64,000 nucleotides of DNA. Source: Myxococcales bacterium. Lineage in GTDB: Bacteria; Myxococcota_A; Polyangia; Polyangiales; DASUME01. Below, piece after piece: positions 19,716 through 28,812 of the stretch. Position 1 is the first letter of the stretch, and each line of letters opens with the position of its first letter. A program made the position numbers and the translations under genes. The stretch is from NCBI GenBank assembly GCA_047601445.1, contig JASGJH010000001.1, positions 8,864,001 to 8,928,000 on the forward strand, written 5' to 3'. The notes under the pieces are model-generated. The model worked only from the letters and a program-made list of their open reading frames with translations, was not told the origin of the DNA and made no database searches.

Positions 19716-20156
19716 ATGGCAACGCTACGTGAAATGGTGGCCGACCCCGGCAAGAGGCAGCAGGTCGTGGACGACGCCATCAAGGTCATCGACGCGGAGG
19801 TCTCCGACAAGGGAGGGCTCGGGGGCATGGCCATCAAGGCGGCCTACTCGATGGCGAAGGGAGTCGCGCCCGGCATCATCCAGAAGGTGCTGAACAACAT
19901 GCTCGACGACCTGCTCGGCGCGCTGCAGCCCTACTTCGACGAGTCCAAGGCCAAGAAAGCCGACTTCAAGAATCACGTGGTGGCCAAGGGATCCGACGTC
20001 GCCAACTCGCTCTTGGCGGTCACCGACGCCCGCGCCTCCAGGGCCTCTGGCGGGGCGCTCAAGAAGGGCTATGAGAAGTTGCGCCCGACGGCCCAGAAGC
20101 ACGTGGAGCAGGCCTTGCCGCGGCTGGCCGATCTCGTCACCAAGCACGCCAACTGA
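19716..20156 (+). CDS. Conserved hypothetical helical protein (DUF6918-like)
   Basis: GGAG RBS, host-like codon use, DAEVSDKGGLGG...LLAVTDARA...YEKLRP pattern. Confidence 0.6.
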   Translation: MATLREMVADPGKRQQVVDDAIKVIDAEVSDKGGLGGMAIKAAYSMAKGVAPGIIQKVLNNMLDDLLGALQPYFDESKAKKADFKNHVVAKGSDVANSLLAVTDARASRASGGALKKGYEKLRPTAQKHVEQALPRLADLVTKHAN

Positions 20157-20185
20157 GGCGCTGCCACGAGCCTGCCGGAGTGCAC

Positions 20186-20391
20186 TTCGTGAGCGAAGCG
20201 AAACTCGCGCAGGGACCCGGCGCTGTGAGCGAAAGCGAACCTCGCGGTGGGGTGGGACCCGGCGCAGCTTCGCTGCGACGGGCGGGGAGGTCGCGTGACC
20301 TCCCCGTGCAACAGCTGCGACGGGCGGGGAGGTCGCGTGACCTCCCCGTGCAACAGCTGCGACGGCGGGGAGGTCGCGTGACCTCCCCGTG
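20186..20391. repeat. Two-hairpin repeat cluster: partial copy, full copy and tandem ~42-bp hairpin units
   Basis: Unit gctgcgacgggcggggaggtcgcgtgacctccccgtgcaaca starts at 20272, 20314 and 20356 (third has one G fewer and is 3'-truncated). Lies between convergent genes. Confidence 0.9.
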
Positions 20392-20392
20392 A

Positions 20393-20965
20393 CTAAGTCC
20401 AGTCGAGTACGTAGGTGAGCACGTTGTTGTGCATCCACGGGCGCTCTTCGAGGCGCACGGACGGTGCCTTGCCACCCGCGCTCTCCACCACCTCGAGTGA
20501 CCAGCCCATGATGTTGTGCCCCACGCAGGCCGACATATCCGGGAAGCCCGCCAGGTGAATCCGCGCGCCCTTGCGCTCCGGGTTCGCCTCATCTGCGGGC
20601 AACTCGGTCACGGTGATCTCGCCGAAGTTGAAGAGCTCGCGCCAGCGACTGCCCATGTTGTGCAGGGACTCGAGGGGCTTGCCCGGGAGGAACACGCGCT
20701 CGGGTTGCTCGTTGATCAGCGCGCGCGCCGAGGCGCGTCCCATGTTCTGCGCAGCCGCCTCGCTGCCGTCGAACACATAGCGATGCACGATTTGCAGGAG
20801 GCTCTCGAAGACCTGCAGCGAGTACCAGGTAGTCGGAGACACCCGTTTGCGCATCAGGTCCTGTTCCCAGGGGCCGAACTCCGGCAATTGATGGGTGCGT
20901 CGGTGGGCTCGCAATAGCCGCACCACGCCCACCAGATTCGTCCCCCGGACCAGCCGCTCCTTCAT
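20393..20965 (-). CDS. Hypothetical protein resembling myxobacterial DUF2378/TIGR02265 (V4R-like) proteins
   Basis: VRG...WYSLQVF...MGR...W...FNFG...GW...GGK...W pattern. Confidence 0.55.
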   Translation of the reverse strand: MKERLVRGTNLVGVVRLLRAHRRTHQLPEFGPWEQDLMRKRVSPTTWYSLQVFESLLQIVHRYVFDGSEAAAQNMGRASARALINEQPERVFLPGKPLESLHNMGSRWRELFNFGEITVTELPADEANPERKGARIHLAGFPDMSACVGHNIMGWSLEVVESAGGKAPSVRLEERPWMHNNVLTYVLDWT

Positions 20966-20997
20966 CGTGCGCTCATATCATGCGAAAGGCAGCCTGC

Positions 20998-22254
20998 TCA
21001 ACTCGACGACCCCGCGTGCGCGGGCAGGTTCGGGCCGAGCGAGAAGCGCCGCTCCTCGAGGCCGTAGGCCTTGGGGTTCAGCTCCAGCACCGTGTGCAGC
21101 GGGATGCTCACGTGCGGAATCTCCTCGGGTTCTCGGCCCAGAAGATAGCCGTAGATGGCTCGTAGCACCGCTTGATGGCTGATCACCAGCACTGGGCGTT
21201 GCTGGCGCTCCAGCTCGAGCACGACCGGTTCCACCCGTTGGATCACGTCCATGTAGCTCTCGCCGCGTGGGTAGCGATAGCCGAGCTTGTCGCGCGCGCG
21301 CGCTTTCCAGTCGTCGGGGAAGTGCTCCTTGATCTCCTGGTACGTCATGCCGTCGCAGACGCCCGCTTCGATTTCGTTGAGCGCTCGCCACTGCAAGGTC
21401 TGGCGGCCCAGGATCTCGGCGGTCTCGTGGGTTCGCACCAGCGTGCTCGTCCACACCTCCACGCGGCCGTGGGGCGCGATGCGCTCGTCGTAGAAGAGCT
21501 TGAGGTTCTTGGCGTACTCGCGGCCGAGCTCGGAAAGCTGCGTGTTGCCACCGATGCGTTCCACCACGTTGAACTCGGCTTGACCGTGACGGGTGAGCCA
21601 GATGGGGCGCGGCACGTTGTGCAGGTTCACCAGGAACGACACCAGGCGCGAGGGCAGATAGCCCGTGATCTGGTTGACGATCACCTGTCGGCCCACGTCG
21701 ATCAGTTTGATGTAGCTGCCTTCGCTCTCGTCCACCGGCTGGTAGACCTTGGCGTAGTGCTCGATGCGGGCGCGGAAGTCGGCCACCGCCAGATCCGGAT
21801 CGATGCCGGCGTAGTCGGGCGAGTCGAGCTTGGTGGCGCGCACGTTGGCTTCCACGGTGGCTTCGTCGCACAACGACTCCACGAAGATGACGTTCATGCC
21901 TTCGCGCTCGCAGCGCTCCTGGATCAGGCGTCGGCGCTCGCGCGTGCTGTTGGTGGCGTCGTAGATGGCGACCTCGCCGCCGCGCTGGAACCAGCTCACC
22001 ATGTCGTCGAGGGCCATCAGCGCCACGCGGGTACGCTCGCGCACGCCCTCGGGGTTGAGCGGATCGAAGAAGTCGTGGCTGCGCTGGCTGCCCAGGTGCT
22101 CGCGCCGATAGTTGCCCACGTTGAAGAGGCGGGTCGGGTGCCCGAGCCAGTTGAGGTAGCGCGTGATCTTGCGCGCCACGTAGGTCTTGCCGCGAGCCGG
22201 CAGGCCCACCATCACGATGGCGTGGGTGGGGTTGTCGCCGTGAAGGACTGCCAT
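20998..22254 (-). CDS. Bifunctional 6-phosphofructo-2-kinase/fructose-2,6-bisphosphatase (PFKFB-type)
   Basis: Kinase domain MVGLPARGKT, RYLNW, FNVGNYRR, DATNSTRERR, SPDY, YIKLIDVG. Histidine-phosphatase domain TRHG, RIGG, LNEI, YRYPRGESY, ELERQ, SHQAV, PLHTV, PKAYG. Confidence 0.93.
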   Translation of the reverse strand: MAVLHGDNPTHAIVMVGLPARGKTYVARKITRYLNWLGHPTRLFNVGNYRREHLGSQRSHDFFDPLNPEGVRERTRVALMALDDMVSWFQRGGEVAIYDATNSTRERRRLIQERCEREGMNVIFVESLCDEATVEANVRATKLDSPDYAGIDPDLAVADFRARIEHYAKVYQPVDESEGSYIKLIDVGRQVIVNQITGYLPSRLVSFLVNLHNVPRPIWLTRHGQAEFNVVERIGGNTQLSELGREYAKNLKLFYDERIAPHGRVEVWTSTLVRTHETAEILGRQTLQWRALNEIEAGVCDGMTYQEIKEHFPDDWKARARDKLGYRYPRGESYMDVIQRVEPVVLELERQQRPVLVISHQAVLRAIYGYLLGREPEEIPHVSIPLHTVLELNPKAYGLEERRFSLGPNLPAHAGSSS

Positions 22255-22403
22255 GCTCGAAGGATAGGAGGGAGAAACGCCGCGCGCACCTTGGGGGCGA
22301 GCGGGCGAGGGGGGCGTCGGAGTGAATCGGGTAGGGCGGTGTAACCATCGGCGTGACGCGGAACGGCTGACCTCGCACGATCCACGTCAGACGGCCCCTT
22401 CAA

Positions 22404-23441
22404 TCAAAGCCCTGCATGAGGCCGCTCGAGCGTCGAGAGGTGTTCGATCACGAGCTCGCCCATGCTGCGGCAGCGGCGAAAGCTCGCTAGCCCATAGTGC
22501 TCGGCCATCTCTTCGGCGAGCTGGTTCACATGCTCGGCCGGCGCAATGTCGTCCTGGGCCATCACCGACAGCAGATCCTCGAGCCGCCCGCCCGAGGACT
22601 TCACGCGGCGGCGGATCAAGGAGCGCTCCTCCAGCTGATACTGCCGCACCGTCTCGCGCGACATGCACTTGATGCCGAGGAAGATGATGGGATTGTTCTG
22701 CTTGAAGTACTGGGGCAAGTACACCTGGCGCTTGCCCTCGTAGCTCTGCTGGTCGAAGTCGATGGCCCGCAGGCGATAGGTGGTCTCCTCGAAGTCGGGC
22801 GTGATGTCGATCACGAAGTTGGCCGAGTGCATGTCGCCGAGCAGGCGCAAGAAACAGCGCTCGTTGAACTTCACGAACTCCTTCGCCAGGCGCACTTCGT
22901 CGAGGTGTCGGTCGCTCAAGTAGCTGCGGATGAACATGTTGCCCGGGATGCCCGAGATGTGCTCCTCCACCAGCGTGTCACGGTCGTATAGGAACGTGAT
23001 CACGTTCGGCGACAACATGTGCTCGAGTTCCAAACCATAGAGGCGCGAGGCATCGGCGCGCTTGACGTAAAAGTAGTCGAAGTTGTCGTTGAGCGTGTTG
23101 ACGATGCGGACCCGAAAGGGCTGCGTGTTGCCGTAGGTGCACAGGTCGACTCGATCGACCACCAGGTGCTCGAAAGCGTCGGTCTCGCCGCCCGTCTTCA
23201 TCTGGGCGTAGATCTGCATCAAGCCGTCGCGGACCTCGCGTTGATCTTGTGCCGAGTACAGCACGCTGACCCACAGCGTGTCGCGGCCCGCCTTGTCGTA
23301 GAGGGGGATGGCCTGCTCGTAGCGCAAGAGGTCGTCGTAGCGCACCGGGAGGCGCACGCTGCGGTCGTACTGGGTCAGGTACGCGGCGAAGGCGGGCCGG
23401 GCGGCATAGATGCGTTTCTTACGCGAAATCAGGTGGGGCAT
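22404..23441 (-). CDS. Hypothetical protein with atypical kinase (PI3K/PI4K/HipA-like) catalytic motifs
   Basis: FYVK, LVEEHISG, LLGDMHSANF, RAIDFDQ in kinase order. Confidence 0.6.
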   Translation of the reverse strand: MPHLISRKKRIYAARPAFAAYLTQYDRSVRLPVRYDDLLRYEQAIPLYDKAGRDTLWVSVLYSAQDQREVRDGLMQIYAQMKTGGETDAFEHLVVDRVDLCTYGNTQPFRVRIVNTLNDNFDYFYVKRADASRLYGLELEHMLSPNVITFLYDRDTLVEEHISGIPGNMFIRSYLSDRHLDEVRLAKEFVKFNERCFLRLLGDMHSANFVIDITPDFEETTYRLRAIDFDQQSYEGKRQVYLPQYFKQNNPIIFLGIKCMSRETVRQYQLEERSLIRRRVKSSGGRLEDLLSVMAQDDIAPAEHVNQLAEEMAEHYGLASFRRCRSMGELVIEHLSTLERPHAGL

Positions 23442-23551
23442 GGCCAGCGGCTATGGTCTGATGACACGCGCGAGCGGGCAAGCCCCTCGCGACGGCCTGG
23501 GGCGAGCGGGCAAGCCCCTCGCGCCGCCGCGTGCCGCCCCGGGGGGACCCG

Positions 23552-24154
23552 CTACCAGCTCGTGTAGGGCAACTTGTGCCCCACCGTCTCGGCGGCCTGC
23601 TGTCCCTCGATGAGCTGCGCGATGGGGTCCCATTCGCCGCGCACCAGGGCGTCGCGCGCGCTCTGCTTGATGCTGCACGGGTAGCTCTTGCCGCCCGCAC
23701 GCACCTCGAGCTTCTCGAGATCCACGCTGATCTCGAGCTTGGGATCGCGCTCGATGGCGGCAGCCAACTCGGCGATCTCCGCGCGCTTGAGGCTCACGCA
23801 GGGGATGCCCAGCGTGGTGCTGTTGCCGAAGAAGATCTCGGCGAAGCTCTCCGCGACTACGGCGCGGAAGCCGGCCTTGTGGATCGACTGGGGCGCGTGC
23901 TCGCGCGAGCTGCCGCAGCCGAAGTTGCTGCCACTCAGGAGCACCTTGGCGCCCACGAAGCGGGCGTCGTTGAGCGCGTGCTGCTTGGGGGTTCCGTCAC
24001 GCTCGAAGCGTGCGTCGTAGAACAGCTGGCCGCCGAGCGCGTCGAAGGTGACGCACAACAGGAAGCGCGCGGGGATGATCTGGTCGGTGTCGATGTCGTC
24101 ACCCGCCACGTAGGCGCCGGTGCCGCTGACCTGCTTGATCTGTTCGAGTGCCAT
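23552..24154 (-). CDS. leuD: 3-isopropylmalate dehydratase small subunit
   Basis: DIDTDQIIPARFL, NFGCGSSREHA, SFAEIF. Confidence 0.93.
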   Translation of the reverse strand: MALEQIKQVSGTGAYVAGDDIDTDQIIPARFLLCVTFDALGGQLFYDARFERDGTPKQHALNDARFVGAKVLLSGSNFGCGSSREHAPQSIHKAGFRAVVAESFAEIFFGNSTTLGIPCVSLKRAEIAELAAAIERDPKLEISVDLEKLEVRAGGKSYPCSIKQSARDALVRGEWDPIAQLIEGQQAAETVGHKLPYTSW

Positions 24155-24157
24155 GGC

Positions 24158-25585
24158 TCAGGCCTGTCCCTTCTGTTGCTCGATACCGAAGACCTCGCGG
24201 GCGTCGCTCAACTCTCCCCGGATCGCGGCTGCCGCCACCATCACCGGGCTCATCAACACCGTGCGACCGGTGGGGCTGCCCATGCGCCCCTTGAAGTTGC
24301 GGTTCGAAGAGCTCGCGCAGAGCTGGGTTCCCACCAGGCGGTCGGGGTTCATGCCGAGGCACATCGAGCAGCCAGGCTCGCGCCACTCGAAGCCTGCCGC
24401 CTTGAATACTTCGTGCAGACCCTCCTGCTCCGCGGCGGCCTTGACCACCTGCGAGCCCGGTACCACCAGCGCTTTCACGCCGGCCTTCACCTGCTTGCCC
24501 TTCACGAACTTGGCCACCTCGCGCAGATCGCTCAAGCGGCTGTTGGTGCAGCTGCCGATGAAGGTGACGTCGACCTTGGTGCCCTTGATGGGCGTGCCCG
24601 CGGAGAGCTGCATGTACTTGAGCGCATCCGCGATGCCCGCCCGCTCGTTCTCCGGGAAATGCTCGGGCGTCGGCACGGGCTCCTCGATGCTGATGACCTG
24701 ACCCGGGTTCACGCCCCAGGTGAGGCTCGGAGCGATCTCCTCGGCGCGATAGTGCACGTCGTCGTCGTAGACGGCGTCGGCGTCGGACGCGATGGACTTC
24801 CAGTACGCCACGGCGCGCTCCCAGTCCTTCTCCTTGGGCGCGTACGGACGGCCCTTGAGATAGGCGAACGTGATCTCGTCCGGGTTCACGTAGCCAACGC
24901 GCGCGCCGCCCTCGATGGACATGTTGCAGAGCGTCATGCGCTCGTCCATGGACATGCGCTCGATGGTGTCGCCGGCGTACTCATAGGCGAAACCGGTGCC
25001 GCCGTTCACGCCCAGCGTGCGGATCACGTGCAGGATGACGTCCTTGGCGTAGACGCCCGGTCCGAGCTTGCCGGTGACGCGGATGCGCCGGACCTTGAGC
25101 GGCGCCATGGCCAGCGTCTGCGTGCTGAGCACGTCGCGCACCTGGCTCGTGCCGATGCCGAAGGCCACCGCGCCCAGCGCGCCGTGGGTCGAGGTGTGGG
25201 AGTCGCCGCAGCAGATGGTCATGCCCGGTTGGGTCAAGCCCTGCTCGGGACCCACCACGTGCACGATGCCCTGCACGCCGCTGTGCTCGTCGAAGTACTT
25301 GATGCCGAACTGCTTGCAGCTCTCCGCCAGCGCCACGCTCATCTGCTCCGCCAAGTCGTCCTTGAACGGGCGCAGGCGCGTGTCGGTGGGGATGATGTGA
25401 TCGAGCGTGGCGAAGGTGCGCTCCGGATGGGCCACCTTGAGCCCGAGGTCGCGCATCATGCCGAAGGCCTGGGGCGTGGTGACCTCGTGGATCAGGTGCA
25501 GGCCGATGAAGAGCTGGGTCCGCCCGTCGGGCAGCGTGCGCACCGTGTGCGCGTCCCAAACCTTCTGAAACAGACTCTTGCCCAT
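24158..25585 (-). CDS. leuC: 3-isopropylmalate dehydratase large subunit
   Basis: [45 protein letters not shown]. Confidence 0.95.
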   Translation of the reverse strand: MGKSLFQKVWDAHTVRTLPDGRTQLFIGLHLIHEVTTPQAFGMMRDLGLKVAHPERTFATLDHIIPTDTRLRPFKDDLAEQMSVALAESCKQFGIKYFDEHSGVQGIVHVVGPEQGLTQPGMTICCGDSHTSTHGALGAVAFGIGTSQVRDVLSTQTLAMAPLKVRRIRVTGKLGPGVYAKDVILHVIRTLGVNGGTGFAYEYAGDTIERMSMDERMTLCNMSIEGGARVGYVNPDEITFAYLKGRPYAPKEKDWERAVAYWKSIASDADAVYDDDVHYRAEEIAPSLTWGVNPGQVISIEEPVPTPEHFPENERAGIADALKYMQLSAGTPIKGTKVDVTFIGSCTNSRLSDLREVAKFVKGKQVKAGVKALVVPGSQVVKAAAEQEGLHEVFKAAGFEWREPGCSMCLGMNPDRLVGTQLCASSSNRNFKGRMGSPTGRTVLMSPVMVAAAAIRGELSDAREVFGIEQQKGQA

Positions 25586-25644
25586 CCTTCGCCTCCGACG
25601 TCTCGACCGCTAACTCGGTCTCCGAACTCTTTTAGGTCGCAACG

Positions 25645-25683
25645 ATCCATTTATCCAATGAAAGGTTTTTGTATATTCGATTC
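25645..25683. promoter_or_regulatory. AT-rich divergent promoter region with a possible LysR T-N11-A box
   Basis: ATCCATTTATCCAAT (T25646-N11-A25658) in an AT-rich patch between leuC and the LysR gene. Confidence 0.35.
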
Positions 25684-26613
25684 ATGGGATTGATAACTGC
25701 CGATTTGCGCGACGTTCGTTACTTCGCGGCCGTGGTGGAGCAGGGCTCACTGAGCCGAGCCGCCGATGTCCTCAAGGTCTCCCAGCCCACCTTGAGCCAC
25801 GCCATTGCCCGCCTGGAGGACAGCCTCGGCGGGGCAGTCTGGCGCCGCACGGGCAACCGGCGCGCTGGCGTGGTGCCCACCGAGCTCGGTCAGCGCGTGC
25901 TCGAGCGCGGGGGAAGGGCCCTGGCCGAGCTCGATGCCCTCTCCAAGGATGCGGCCCAGCTGCGCGGACTGGAGGCCGGGGAGCTGCGCGTGGGCTGCGT
26001 GCAGTCTCTGGCCTCCACCGTGTTGCCCGCCTGGGTGTCGCGCTTTTTGGAGGAGCACCCGGCCATCGTGCTCGAGCTGCCCCTGGTCACGTCCGAGTCG
26101 GCAGCGGGCCTGGTTCGGGACGGCAAGCTCGACGCGGCCCTGGTGGTCGGCCCGGCGCCGGCCGAGCCTCACTTGAAGCGGCTGCGCTGCGGCGAGCAAG
26201 AGCTGGTGCTGGTGGTGCGCTCGGACCATGCGCTGGCGCGGGACCGGGAGGTGGCGCTGGCGGAGCTGGCGGAGGAGCCCTTCGTGTTCGTGCCGGCGGG
26301 GACCTTCGCGGCCGTGGCCATCGAGGAGCTGTGCCGACGCGCTGGCTTCACGCCGAGGGTTCGCGCGCGCCTGGCGTCCATCAGTGGTCTGTGCGCGCTG
26401 GTGCGAGCCGGCGTGGGCATCACCATCCTGCCCGAGGGGTCGGTCTCCGCGGGTGAGCGTGACCTGGTGGAGATCAAGTTCGCGCGCGCCCAACCGCGGC
26501 GGGCGGTGCACCTGGTCTGGCGGGCGGACGTGCTCCCCAGCCCTGCTTTGAGCGCCTGGTTGAAGATGGGCAGCGAGCTCGTGGCGCCTGGCAAGCCCGA
26601 GCGGCGACGCTAG
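25684..26613 (+). CDS. LysR-family transcriptional regulator, divergent from leuCD
   Basis: HTH GSLSRAADVLKVSQPTLSHAI and an LTTR substrate-binding domain. Confidence 0.92.
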   Translation: MGLITADLRDVRYFAAVVEQGSLSRAADVLKVSQPTLSHAIARLEDSLGGAVWRRTGNRRAGVVPTELGQRVLERGGRALAELDALSKDAAQLRGLEAGELRVGCVQSLASTVLPAWVSRFLEEHPAIVLELPLVTSESAAGLVRDGKLDAALVVGPAPAEPHLKRLRCGEQELVLVVRSDHALARDREVALAELAEEPFVFVPAGTFAAVAIEELCRRAGFTPRVRARLASISGLCALVRAGVGITILPEGSVSAGERDLVEIKFARAQPRRAVHLVWRADVLPSPALSAWLKMGSELVAPGKPERRR

Positions 26614-26633
26614 GAGCCCGAACTCGAACCGGA

Positions 26634-27629
26634 CTAACCCTTGAGCATGCCGCGCGCGTCGAAGTACGCGATGGCGTCGCTCAACGTCTCGGAGAACGGG
26701 CGGAAGCTCGCGCCAAGTTCGCGCGTCGCCTTGGCGTTGCTGAAGTATCCGGGCTTGAGCGCGTAGCTCATGTACTCACGGGTGACCTCCGGCTCCTTGC
26801 CCGCGCGCGTCGCAGCGAAGTTGATGCCCGAGAGGGCGGCCTGGGCCACGAAGCCGGGCACCCAGTGCGGCTTGGGCAGGTCGCGCCCCGAGGCCGCGAT
26901 GACGGCCTTGCTGAACTCCTCATTGTCCAGGTTGTGCCCGCTCGCCACGTAGACCTGGCCAGGCTTGCCCTTTTCCGCCGCCAGCACGTGCACGCGCGCT
27001 GCGTCCCGCACGTCGACGTAGCAGAAGCCGCCCGGGGTATAGGCGGGCGCGCGCCCTCGGCAGATGTTGATGATGAGCCTGCCCGAGGGAGTCGGCGTGA
27101 GATCTCCAGGGCCGAGCACGATGGCGGGGCACACCACGCGCACGTCGAGGCCCCAGTTCGCGAAATCGAGCGCCGTGAGTAGGCTCAAATGCTTGGTGCG
27201 GCTGTAGTGGAAGTTCAAATCCCAGGCTTCGTAGGGCGTGTTCTCGTCGGCCAGCTCGCCCTCCGCGGGGCGCCCTAACGCCACCACGCTCGCGGTGTAC
27301 ACGACCTTGCTCACGCCGGTGCGGCGCGCGGCCTCGAGCATGTTGAACGTGCCGCGCATGTTGACCTGATACATGGGGCTCGGGTCCGCCATGTAGTCCT
27401 TGTAGATGGCGGCGCAGTGGTACACGACGTCCATGCCCGTGCAGGCGTTCAGAGCGTCCTTGGGCGACAGCACGTTGCCTCGCAGCACCTCCACTTTGGC
27501 GCCTTCGAGATTGTCCAGGTGCTCGTTGGGGAGCGCGAGCACGCGGACCTCCGCCTCACGCGCCAGTAGCTCCTTCACGATGGCGCTGCCGAGAAAGCCA
27601 GCGCCGCCCGTCACCAATGCCTTGAGCAT
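26634..27629 (-). CDS. NAD-dependent epimerase/dehydratase (extended SDR, DFR/HpnA-like)
   Basis: VTGGAGFLG, HCAA, YSRTK (YxxxK), GPGD..PTPSG, VDVRD. Confidence 0.88.
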   Translation of the reverse strand: MLKALVTGGAGFLGSAIVKELLAREAEVRVLALPNEHLDNLEGAKVEVLRGNVLSPKDALNACTGMDVVYHCAAIYKDYMADPSPMYQVNMRGTFNMLEAARRTGVSKVVYTASVVALGRPAEGELADENTPYEAWDLNFHYSRTKHLSLLTALDFANWGLDVRVVCPAIVLGPGDLTPTPSGRLIINICRGRAPAYTPGGFCYVDVRDAARVHVLAAEKGKPGQVYVASGHNLDNEEFSKAVIAASGRDLPKPHWVPGFVAQAALSGINFAATRAGKEPEVTREYMSYALKPGYFSNAKATRELGASFRPFSETLSDAIAYFDARGMLKG

Positions 27630-27836
27630 TCGAATCCCCGTCCTAGCGCGGCACAGCTCTCCGTCTGCGACGCGTCGATGCGACGGGCTCTGCGGACCCG
27701 CCAGGGGACCCATGCTTGGGCATGCCTCGCGGGATGGCAAGCCGAGAAGGCCGCGTTAGCGTGGCGCGTCAGCAAGCGGGTGCGGCGCGTCAGCGGGCTC
27801 TGCCGACGGGCTCGTGCGCCGCGTACGACGGGTTGC

Positions 27837-28592
27837 TCAGTAGGCGCCCCGCCCGGTGACCACGGCCGGGATCGTCTCCATCAAGATCTTGAGCTCCTCC
27901 ACCGGGCGCACCTTGTCGATGTACTCGATGTCGAGCGCGACCTGTTCGTCGAAGCTGAGGTTGCTGCGACCCCGTACCTGCCAGAGGCAGGTGAGACCCG
28001 GCTTGACCTCGAGGCGCCGCAGCGCGCGGTTGTCGTAGAGGGCCACTTCGCGCCACACCGGCGGGCGCGGCCCGATCAGGGTCATGTCCCCCTTGAGCAC
28101 GTTGAAGAGCTGCGGCAGCTCGTCGATAGAGAACTTGCGCAGCACACGTCCGACCGAGGTGATGCGGGGGTCGCGCACCATCTTGAACCGCACACCATCG
28201 ACCGCGTCCTGGTGCTGCTTCACGAGCTGGTCCTTGAGGGCGTCGGCGTTCACCACCATGGTGCGAAACTTCCACATGGTGAAGCGCTGCCCGCCGCGCC
28301 CGATGCGCTCCTGGCCGAAGAACAGGGGCCCCTTGCTGTTGAGGCGGATGGCGACCGCGGCGCACAGCAGCAGCGGCAGCAAGCACAGTAGGCCGAGGCT
28401 AGTGGCGGTCACGTCGACGGCCCTGCGAAGGCGAGGGCCCTGGGCGTCCCGCAGCAAGCCGGCTTCGAGCCGCACGCGCCGGGCCGTGCGCTGCCAGCTA
28501 CGCGGGGCGCGCACCTTTTGGATCGCAGCATCGCTGGGGCCCGTGAGGGCCGCGGGGGTACATGCGGAGGCCAGCAAGCGCTGTTGGGTCAT
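27837..28592 (-). CDS. Bacterial sugar transferase (polyprenyl-phosphate priming phosphoglycosyl transferase); start uncertain
   Basis: KFRTM, DPRIT, RKFSIDELPQLFNVLKGDM, GPRP, KPGLT. Confidence 0.92.
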   Translation of the reverse strand: MTQQRLLASACTPAALTGPSDAAIQKVRAPRSWQRTARRVRLEAGLLRDAQGPRLRRAVDVTATSLGLLCLLPLLLCAAVAIRLNSKGPLFFGQERIGRGGQRFTMWKFRTMVVNADALKDQLVKQHQDAVDGVRFKMVRDPRITSVGRVLRKFSIDELPQLFNVLKGDMTLIGPRPPVWREVALYDNRALRRLEVKPGLTCLWQVRGRSNLSFDEQVALDIEYIDKVRPVEELKILMETIPAVVTGRGAY

Positions 28593-28607
28593 GGTGCAAG
28601 TGCACAA

Positions 28608-28623
28608 AGCAAGCGAAATGCCA
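28608..28623 (-). promoter_or_regulatory. Sigma54 (-24/-12) promoter of the sugar transferase gene
   Basis: Minus strand reads TGGCATTTCGCTTGCT, with GG-N10-GC spacing. Confidence 0.65.
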
Positions 28624-28812
28624 GGCCAAAAAGGCACATCCGCGCACCCTGTGTACCCATACTGTGTGCCCTGGCGCGCAAAATTATCGACTGACGGTGA
28701 CGCCTTCGTTCTCAATCGAGAGTGCGGCTGGCAACCCGCCTAGCCATGGCTGGCAACTCGTGTGGCCGCTCTCACGAACGTGAGCGTAACAACCCCGCAC
28801 TGTGACGAGGTG

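Noticed and set aside
20272..20391. Possible mini CRISPR array (palindromic repeats)
   Set aside because: The units are contiguous with identical linkers, there are no unique spacers and no cas genes, and the same hairpin occurs singly elsewhere.
23552..26613. leuCD without leuA/leuB as a non-leucine hydratase
   Set aside because: The motifs are canonical LeuC/LeuD and split leu loci are common; the sequence gives no positive evidence for another role.
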